DNA of 64,000 nucleotides from NCBI GenBank assembly GCA_964576115.1, contig CAZNUA010000004.1, positions 56,968-120,967 of the forward strand, given 5' to 3'. Position numbers and translations under genes: made by a program. The notes below the pieces were generated by a model. The model searched no databases. It saw nothing but the letters and a program-made list of their open reading frames with translations, and had not been told where the DNA came from. Origin of the DNA: an uncultured Gemmatimonadota bacterium (lineage in GTDB: Bacteria > Blakebacterota > Blakebacteria > Blakebacterales > Blakebacteraceae). Shown here piece by piece: positions 52,958 to 59,913 of the stretch (its first letter is position 1; each line of letters starts with the position of its first letter).

Positions 52958-54587
52958 GCCGGCCCGGCCGCTGGCTCTATTGTGTCTCTCGGCGGTCCTC
53001 TTCATCCTGGCTCAACCCCCGTTTCCGACCGGCTGGCTGGGCCTGGTGGCCTTCGTGCCCTTCCTGATGGCGCTCGACTCCCCCGGGCTGACCCGCCCCT
53101 ACCGGTACGGGCTTCTCTGGGCCTTCGTCGTGAACCTGGGGTGCCTGTACTGGATCGCCTTCGGCCATCGGGAAGCCGGCATCGCATCGGTCATCTATCT
53201 GACCCTCTTCGACGCCATCTTCGTCTGGCTCGCGGCCCGACTGGCGCACCGGCGGCGGGTGCTTCTGTTCCCCTTTCTCTGGACGGCCTTCATCTTCGTC
53301 AAGAGCCTGGGAGAAATGGGCTTTCCCTGGCTGACCCTCGGTTTGACCCAGACCTCGTCACCGGCCAGTATCCAGATCGCATCGCTGACTGGTGCCTGGG
53401 GATTGGAACTCTGGATAGCAGGTGTTAACAGCTTGCTGTTCATGGGGATAAAGAAAATAACTCAAGCAACACCGGAAGAAAGAAAGAGGCTCCTGGTTCG
53501 CGCGCTGGCGCCCGCGGTGGGTCTGGCTCTGGTGGTGCCCCTCTACGGCCGGATCGTGCTCGAGGCCGGGAACGCACGGCAGAGTGCGGTTCTGGGCGCC
53601 CCGGTCGCGACCGGGCCCGAAGCCGGCCCGGACCCTGCCGCCTCGCCCCCCTGGCTTGAAAACGGGGTGAAGCCCCTGCAGGTGGCGGTAGTTCAGGGCA
53701 GTCTGCGACCCGATGTCAAGCTCGCCCCCCAGCTGCTGCCCCACAATCTCTACGTTTACAACCGGCTCACCCGGGCCGTTGCCGGAACCGTGAACGGCCG
53801 ACTCGACCTGGTGATATGGCCCGAATCGGCCGTGCCGCACTACCTCAATTCGCACCCCTACGCGCGTCGCAGCGTGCTGCGGCTCCAGCGCGAGATCGAC
53901 GCGCCGATCCTGACCGGGGCTTTTTCTTCTGCCTATACGGACGGCGAGTCCCGTTACTACAACTCGGCTTTTCTGGTCGCCGACGGACGCATTTCGACCG
54001 GCGATGAACTCTATCACAAGCGGATTCTGGTCCCCTTCGGCGAGCGGGTGCCCTACCAGGAAGTGCTCGGTTTCATGGCCGACTGGAGCCTGGGCTGGTC
54101 GGATTTCAGCAAGGGCGAGGTTCCGACCCTGCTCGGCGGCTCCCCCCCGGCGCCGGATCTGCCGCCGATCGGCGTGCTCATCTGTTACGAGAGCTTTTTT
54201 ACCCGCCTGGCCCGCTCCGAGGTCGTGAACGGCGCCCGGCTGCTGACCGTCATCACCAATGACGCCTGGTTCGGCCGCACCTCGGGTCCCCGCCAGCACC
54301 TGCGGGTAGCGGCCCTGCGGGCGGTCGAGTTCCGCCGGCCCATCGTCCGGGCGGCCAACAGCGGGATCTCGGCCGTCATCGACCGCTGGGGTCAGATCCA
54401 TCGGGCGACACCGCTGTATACCAAGACGGCGCTGGCCGCCCGCGTCTGGCCCGAAACGGGACTGACGCTGTACGCCCGGACCGGTGACTGGCTGCCGATC
54501 GGGGCGCTGATCGTAACCCTGATCGGGATGCTTCTTTTCCGGGAACCTCGAAGGAGGCGGGGGGTCAAAACTACTGTAGAGAGGTGA
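52944..54587 (+). CDS. lnt: Apolipoprotein N-acyltransferase
   Basis: Multi-TM N-terminus plus a CN-hydrolase domain (…LVIWPESAVP…ICYESFF…). The start is uncertain: GTG at 52944 or ATG at 52887. Confidence 0.85.
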   Translation: MTDSRPARPLALLCLSAVLFILAQPPFPTGWLGLVAFVPFLMALDSPGLTRPYRYGLLWAFVVNLGCLYWIAFGHREAGIASVIYLTLFDAIFVWLAARLAHRRRVLLFPFLWTAFIFVKSLGEMGFPWLTLGLTQTSSPASIQIASLTGAWGLELWIAGVNSLLFMGIKKITQATPEERKRLLVRALAPAVGLALVVPLYGRIVLEAGNARQSAVLGAPVATGPEAGPDPAASPPWLENGVKPLQVAVVQGSLRPDVKLAPQLLPHNLYVYNRLTRAVAGTVNGRLDLVIWPESAVPHYLNSHPYARRSVLRLQREIDAPILTGAFSSAYTDGESRYYNSAFLVADGRISTGDELYHKRILVPFGERVPYQEVLGFMADWSLGWSDFSKGEVPTLLGGSPPAPDLPPIGVLICYESFFTRLARSEVVNGARLLTVITNDAWFGRTSGPRQHLRVAALRAVEFRRPIVRAANSGISAVIDRWGQIHRATPLYTKTALAARVWPETGLTLYARTGDWLPIGALIVTLIGMLLFREPRRRRGVKTTVER

Positions 54588-54646
54588 GGAGGACCCCCGT
54601 GGAACTGGTGACGGCGAAGACGATCGAACAACAGGAACTGCCCCGC

Positions 54647-55213
54647 ATGTCGGACGAGGCCCTGCTTTCGAGCAGCCTCGAGGGCAACATGGTCGCCTTC
54701 GATCTCCTGGTAGACCGGTACTACGACCGGCTCTACGTCTACCTGCTCCGCTTCCTCAAAGACTCCGACATGGCCGAAGATCTGCTGCAGGAGACCTTTC
54801 TGCGGGTCTGGAAGAAACGGAACGAATTCCGGAACATCGCCTCCTTCTCGACCTGGATCTACACCATCGCCGGCAACCTGGCCCGCAGCGAGTGGCGGCG
54901 CCGCAAGCGCTGGCGCATGTTCCGGCTCGGCCCTTCCGAGAACGAGGAGGAGCCCGATTTCGAGCTTCCCCACGAGGGACTCACTCCCGACCGGACGGTA
55001 GAGAACCGGATGGCGGTGGAGGATCTGATTCACGAACTCGAGAGACTCCCCGAGCGGTACCGTCAGGTGGTCATTCTGCGCGATATCCAGGGGATGACGT
55101 ACGAGGAAATCGCCGGTATAGTGCAGGTTCCGGTCGGGACGGTGAAATCGCGCCTGAACCGGGGACGGCTGATCCTGCAGGAGAAACTGGGGCAGTGGTA
55201 TGAATCAGAGTGA
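54647..55213 (+). CDS. ECF-subfamily RNA polymerase sigma factor (sigma-24 / RpoE-like)
   Basis: Sigma70 region 2 (DLLQETFLRVWKK) and region 4 (VVILRDIQGMTYEEIAGIVQVPVGTVKSRL). Confidence 0.85.
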   Translation: MSDEALLSSSLEGNMVAFDLLVDRYYDRLYVYLLRFLKDSDMAEDLLQETFLRVWKKRNEFRNIASFSTWIYTIAGNLARSEWRRRKRWRMFRLGPSENEEEPDFELPHEGLTPDRTVENRMAVEDLIHELERLPERYRQVVILRDIQGMTYEEIAGIVQVPVGTVKSRLNRGRLILQEKLGQWYESE

Positions 55214-55751
55214 GAAAGAAGCCCTCTGCGGTCTCGTCGCCGAGTCGCTGTCGGCCTATCTCGACCGCTCCCTTCCGGCCCCGGTCGAGCGGCAGATCGC
55301 GCTCCACCTCGAGCAGTGTCCGGCCTGCCGCAGACGACTGGAGAGCATGAACGCCCTGCTGGCCGATCTGCAGACCCTCGGCGAGGTCGAGGCGGGCCCC
55401 GAACTGGGTTGGGCGATCAAGCGCCAGATCAGGCGCCAGGCCCGGCGCGAGCGGACCCGTTTGCTGGTACGGCCGGTGCCCTTCCTGGCTTCAACCGCCG
55501 CTGCGGCCGCCGTTTTCATCATCATCGGTCTGGGGCAGGGCCCCGAGCGGGGTCTGAGCGTCGATTCTCTCACCGACCAGAACCTCATACAGGCCGGGGA
55601 AACGCCTCTGTGGGAGCGGCGTTACGTTCTTCCCGCCCAGGTCGATGCCCTGAATACCCCCGCCCTGGCCGACAGAGCCGGCGCCGGGGAGGATTCGACC
55701 GCAGTCCGCCGACCCACCCGACTGACGGGGGTCAGAGCGGTCAGCTTCTGA
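55200..55751 (+). CDS. Zinc-binding (ZAS / zf-HC2) anti-sigma factor with one TM helix
   Basis: HLEQCPACRRRL carries the HxxxCxxC motif. It is followed by a TM segment (FLASTAAAAAVFIIIGL). The start overlaps the stop of the sigma gene. Confidence 0.75.
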   Translation: MNQSEKEALCGLVAESLSAYLDRSLPAPVERQIALHLEQCPACRRRLESMNALLADLQTLGEVEAGPELGWAIKRQIRRQARRERTRLLVRPVPFLASTAAAAAVFIIIGLGQGPERGLSVDSLTDQNLIQAGETPLWERRYVLPAQVDALNTPALADRAGAGEDSTAVRRPTRLTGVRAVSF

Positions 55752-55767
55752 CGGTCGGGGTCGCCTC

Positions 55768-57000
55768 ATGACCTGTCCCTCCACAATCAGACCGGGGCGC
55801 AGTCTCGTGCTGACGCTCCTTCTTCTGCTGCTCGGTCCCGGTCCGACCGCGAGCGCCTTTCAGGCCGCTTCGGAGACCGAAGAGGAGCTTTCCCTGACCG
55901 CTCTGCAGGCCCGCGGGCGCCAGAGTGCGGTACAGGTCCTGGCCTATTTCCATCTGCCCGGCGAACGGGCAAAATCGCGCTCCGAGCCCGCCATACCCTC
56001 ACAGTCGATTGTCCGCATTGGTTCGGGGGTGCGTTTCGAGGTCTCGAACCGGGTTCTCACCGCTCTGGGAGTCGTGATCGGAGCCGATTCGATCGAGGTC
56101 CAGGTCGGCTCCCGCACGGTGCCCGCTGTTCTGCTCGGCAGCGATCGGTCCACCCAGCTGGCCCTGCTCTCGGTCAACGCTCTGCTGGCCGACAACGATC
56201 CCGCTCCGCTGGCAGCCGAACCGGTGACGGCCGGGGAAGCGGCCATTCTGGTCGATGTCATGCGTCCGGGGCCCGTGCTCTATCACGGCACCGTCACGGC
56301 GGTCAATCCCCGGGGACTGGTCTATACCAGCCTGCCGGTGCTGGCGGGTCTGAGCGGCGCCCCCCTGCTGAACAGCCGGGGGGAGGTGATCGGCATCGTG
56401 ACCCTGCTGCACCGCAGCGAGGGCTCCGCCTCGGTCCTTGGTGACGCCGTCGGGCTGGGGGTCGATCTGGCGGCGCACGTGGTGACGGAAATCGAGTTTC
56501 ACGGTCAGGTCCGCTGGGGCTGGTTCGGGGCCGACGCCGACGCCGCCGTGACCGACCGGGTCGTGCTGTCGGGGGTCGATCCCGAGGGGCCCGCCGCACG
56601 GGCGGGCCTGCGTCCCGGGGATGTCCTGACCCACTACGGCGGCCAGCCGATCGAAGGCATCGACCACATGCGCGACCTGGTGCTCGCAACCACCCCGGGG
56701 ACCACCGTCCCGGTCGGGGTGGCGCGCGACAGCAACCGGGTCGATCTCTTCGTCGTCGTCGGCGATCTCTCCTGGCAGGTGGGCCCCGGCACCGACCTGG
56801 CGCTCATTGCCCAGCGCACCGTCGATCAGGACATCATGCTCAGGATGCGGGCCCTGATCGAGGAACTGAACCTGCTCATGCTCAATCCCGGTTTCGATCC
56901 CCGACGGAGCGATATGCTGACCCGCATCGCCCGGATCGAACAGGAGATCAGCGCCCTGCGGCAGATTTCCCTGCCCGCTCGAACGCCCCCGCCGTTTTGA
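55768..57000 (+). CDS. HtrA/DegP-like periplasmic trypsin-fold protein with a PDZ domain and a coiled-coil C-terminus. It may be catalytically inactive.
   Basis: Signal peptide. The trypsin-like region keeps the Ser motif (GLSGAPLL), but the His-box reads TALGVV (canonical TNNHVV) and the Asp-box reads STQLALL (canonical SDIALI). PDZ domain (VVLSGVDPEGPAARAGLRPGDVLTHYGGQPIEG). Confidence 0.65.
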   Translation: MTCPSTIRPGRSLVLTLLLLLLGPGPTASAFQAASETEEELSLTALQARGRQSAVQVLAYFHLPGERAKSRSEPAIPSQSIVRIGSGVRFEVSNRVLTALGVVIGADSIEVQVGSRTVPAVLLGSDRSTQLALLSVNALLADNDPAPLAAEPVTAGEAAILVDVMRPGPVLYHGTVTAVNPRGLVYTSLPVLAGLSGAPLLNSRGEVIGIVTLLHRSEGSASVLGDAVGLGVDLAAHVVTEIEFHGQVRWGWFGADADAAVTDRVVLSGVDPEGPAARAGLRPGDVLTHYGGQPIEGIDHMRDLVLATTPGTTVPVGVARDSNRVDLFVVVGDLSWQVGPGTDLALIAQRTVDQDIMLRMRALIEELNLLMLNPGFDPRRSDMLTRIARIEQEISALRQISLPARTPPPF

Positions 57001-57028
57001 GTCACCCCGTGTCTGTCAGGCACCTCTC

Positions 57029-57057
57029 TTGACGCTCCGGGCCGGCGTGGCTACCCT
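57029..57057 (+). promoter_or_regulatory. Candidate sigma70 promoter (TTGACG, 17-nt spacer, TACCCT) for the downstream ABC transporter operon
   Basis: The hexamers lie at 57029-57034 and 57052-57057, with the ATG 12 nt further downstream. Confidence 0.3.
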
Positions 57058-57068
57058 GCACGCCGCGT

Positions 57069-57986
57069 ATGTACTTCTCCTCACGGCACCGGTTCCGGGC
57101 GGCTCCGGCCCTCGCCCTGGCTGCTCTTCTGGCCTCGGCCTGCGCCGGTGAACGGACGGCGGTTCCCGCCGGCACCGGGGAAATCCGGGCGGGTGCCATG
57201 GCCCCCGCGGCGGTCGAAATGATCGCCGGCCTCGGGCGTCTCGACGCCCTGGTTGCGGTCGGGGACTGGGTTCACTGGCCGCCGGCGGCGGCCGCACTGC
57301 CCCGGATCGGGGCCCACGACGCGCCGAATCTGGAACGGATTCTCGAACTCGGCATCACCCACTACATCACCGTCACCGGACGGTCCGGCGCCCCGGCTCA
57401 CCAGCGTCTGCGCGAATTCGGGGTCGAAGTCGTGACTCTGGATACCGCCACCCTGAGCGGCACCTGGGACGCACTGCGCAGTCTCGGCCGGGTTCTCGGG
57501 GCCGAGGCGTCGGCCGCCGGACTCATCGCCGCCCTGCAGGCCGAACTGGACACCATCGCGGCCCGCACCCGCGAGTCGGTCCGTCCGCGGACCCTGGTCG
57601 TGGTGGGGACCGAACCGCTGTATGTCGCCGGACCCGGCTCCCACCTGGACGAACTGGTGCGGATCGCCGGCGGGGAGAACATCTTCGCCGATTGCACCGC
57701 CCCCTATGCTCTGGTCTCGCGCGAAGCCGTGCTCGAGCGTCGGCCCGCGGTGATCGTGGACATCTCCGACAACCGTCCGGGAGCACTGAGGGGGCAGACC
57801 CGGGCCGGATGGGAAGCCTGGGAGTTCGTACCGGCGGTCACCGCCGGCAGGATATTCCGCGTCGATCCCGACCGGCTCACCATTCCCGGTCCCCGTCTGG
57901 CGCAGATGGCCCGGTTGATGGCACGCCTCATTCATCCCGAGATCTTCGGCCAACCGGCTCCGGAAGACTATGGCTCCCTGCGCTGA
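57069..57986 (+). CDS. ABC transporter periplasmic binding lipoprotein, cobalamin/iron-siderophore (BtuF-like) class
   Basis: Lipobox (LLASAC) and the class III PBP fold. It sits immediately upstream of a FecCD permease and its ATPase. Confidence 0.7.
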   Translation: MYFSSRHRFRAAPALALAALLASACAGERTAVPAGTGEIRAGAMAPAAVEMIAGLGRLDALVAVGDWVHWPPAAAALPRIGAHDAPNLERILELGITHYITVTGRSGAPAHQRLREFGVEVVTLDTATLSGTWDALRSLGRVLGAEASAAGLIAALQAELDTIAARTRESVRPRTLVVVGTEPLYVAGPGSHLDELVRIAGGENIFADCTAPYALVSREAVLERRPAVIVDISDNRPGALRGQTRAGWEAWEFVPAVTAGRIFRVDPDRLTIPGPRLAQMARLMARLIHPEIFGQPAPEDYGSLR

Positions 57987-58020
57987 GCATCCCGCGGCCG
58001 GGAGGGCCCTGCGGGCGGCG

Positions 58021-59025
58021 ATGATGACTCTGGTTCTGCTCCTGCTCTGTCTGGGAGCCGCGGTGGCGATCGGCTCGGTCCGGATCCCGCTTCTGCGCCT
58101 GTTCGGTCTCGGTCCCCCGCTGGTGGAAGAACAGCGGGCGGTCGTCATGCAGATTCTCCTCCAGGTGCGCCTGCCGCGGGTCGGGGCCGCGGCGCTGATC
58201 GGGGGAGGACTGACCTGTGCCGGGATCGCCTTCCAGGCCCTGCTGCGCAACCCGCTGGCCGATCCCTACGTGCTCGGAGTGTCGGGCGGCGCCAGTCTCG
58301 GCGGCGTGCTGGCTCTGCTGCTCGGACTGGGGGCGGGGGGGGTGCTCGGCCTGCCCGGGGTCTCGGCTTTCGCCTTCCTCGGCGCTCTGGGTTCACTCGT
58401 GCTCATCGAGCGGATCGCGTCCAGCGGGGGCCGTTTCACGGTGCACACCATCCTGCTGACCGGGGTGATCTTCAACGCTCTGTGCGCCGCCCTGATTTAC
58501 TTCGTGCAGAGTCTCGCCTCGCTCGAAGAACTACACGCCATCGTCTTTTACCTCATGGGCCGGGTTCCCGACGATCTGGGCGCGGGGACGGTGGCCGTGC
58601 TCGGCGTCGCGACCCTGCTGGTGACCTTTTTCCTGCTGATACGGGCCCGCGATTTCAACGTCCTGACCCTCGGCGAGGAGGGCGCCCGTCAGGTCGGGGT
58701 GGAGGTCGAGCGGATCAAGCACCGGACCTTCGTGTTCGGCTCGCTCCTGACCGGTCTGGCCGTGGCGGCGGCCGGGCTGATAGGATTCGTGGGTCTGGTC
58801 GTGCCCCATCTACTGCGGCTTCTGCTCGGACCCGACCACCGGGTTCTGATCCCGGCCGGCTTTTTCGGGGGGGCGGCTTTCCTGGTGCTGGCCGACCTGC
58901 TGGCCCGCACCCTCATCGCTCCCGCCGAGATCCCGGTCGGGGTCGTGACCGCTCTGGTCGGCGGCCCCCTCTTCCTGCTGCTGTTGCGCCGGCGGGGACG
59001 CGAATACGGCTTCGGGAGTCCGTGA
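58021..59025 (+). CDS. FecCD-family ABC permease (BtuC-like)
   Basis: RLPRVGAAALIGGGLTCAGIAFQALLRNPLADPYVLGVSGGASLG is the FecCD signature. The start is called at the internal MMTLVLL, which avoids an overlap with the binding-protein gene. Confidence 0.85.
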   Translation: MMTLVLLLLCLGAAVAIGSVRIPLLRLFGLGPPLVEEQRAVVMQILLQVRLPRVGAAALIGGGLTCAGIAFQALLRNPLADPYVLGVSGGASLGGVLALLLGLGAGGVLGLPGVSAFAFLGALGSLVLIERIASSGGRFTVHTILLTGVIFNALCAALIYFVQSLASLEELHAIVFYLMGRVPDDLGAGTVAVLGVATLLVTFFLLIRARDFNVLTLGEEGARQVGVEVERIKHRTFVFGSLLTGLAVAAAGLIGFVGLVVPHLLRLLLGPDHRVLIPAGFFGGAAFLVLADLLARTLIAPAEIPVGVVTALVGGPLFLLLLRRRGREYGFGSP

Positions 59026-59026
59026 G

Positions 59027-59857
59027 ATGAGGGGTGTCGAACTCGATCTCGAAGCCGTGAGCTTCTCCTACCGCGACACGCCGGTCGTGCGCGAGGTCTC
59101 CCTGAGGGTCAAGCCCGGCGAGGTCCTCGGACTCGTCGGACCCAACGGTTCGGGCAAGACGACCCTGATCAGGCTCATCTCCGGTGTTCTCCGGGACTAT
59201 CGGGGCGCTATCCGGCTCGGGGGGCGGGAGGTGAGCGGGATCGGTGGACCCGAGCTGGCCCGTACCGTGGCGGTGGTGCCGCAGGAAACCGAATCGGCAC
59301 TGCCCTTCACCGCCCGGGAGATCGTTCTGATGGGGCGCCATCCCTTCGGCGGGGGGGCCCTCTTCGAGAGCGCGGACGACCGGGCTGCGGCCGAGGAAGC
59401 CCTCGAGCGGGCGGGGGCTCTGCCGCTGGCCGGACGCAGCCTGTGCGAACTGTCGGCGGGCGAGAAACAGCGGGTCATTTTCGCCCGGGCTCTGGCCCAG
59501 CAGCCGGGCCTGCTCCTGCTCGACGAACCGACTTCCTTTCTCGACATCCGCTATCAGACCGAGCTCTACGACCGGGTCCGCGAGGTGGTCGAAACCGAAG
59601 GGGTGAGCGTGCTGACCGTCCTGCACGATCTGAACCTAGCGGCCGAATACTGCGATCGGGTCTGCCTGCTCTCCCGGGGCCGGGTCCACGCCCGGGGACC
59701 GACCGACGAGGTTCTGACCTGGTCCAATCTCACGACCGTGTTCGAGACCGACGTCTATGTCGACACCAACGACCTGACCGGCAAACTGGTCATCATCCCG
59801 CTCTCCCGCCGCGCGCGCGATATCATCCGCAACAGCGGGGCGGAGCCGACCCGTTGA
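59027..59857 (+). CDS. ABC transporter ATP-binding protein (BtuD/FepC-like)
   Basis: Walker A (GPNGSGKTT), ABC signature (LSAGEKQRV) and Walker B (LLLDEPT). Confidence 0.85.
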   Translation: MRGVELDLEAVSFSYRDTPVVREVSLRVKPGEVLGLVGPNGSGKTTLIRLISGVLRDYRGAIRLGGREVSGIGGPELARTVAVVPQETESALPFTAREIVLMGRHPFGGGALFESADDRAAAEEALERAGALPLAGRSLCELSAGEKQRVIFARALAQQPGLLLLDEPTSFLDIRYQTELYDRVREVVETEGVSVLTVLHDLNLAAEYCDRVCLLSRGRVHARGPTDEVLTWSNLTTVFETDVYVDTNDLTGKLVIIPLSRRARDIIRNSGAEPTR

Positions 59858-59913
59858 CACCAGACCCCGCCCGGCCTTTCTTGCGGTCTTGATTCAACCC
59901 AGGACCGATCGCG

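Noticed and set aside
57001-57068. Cobalamin riboswitch upstream of the BtuF-like operon
   Set aside because: The intergenic region is only 68 nt, far shorter than a B12 riboswitch aptamer plus expression platform. No B12-box-like sequence is visible.
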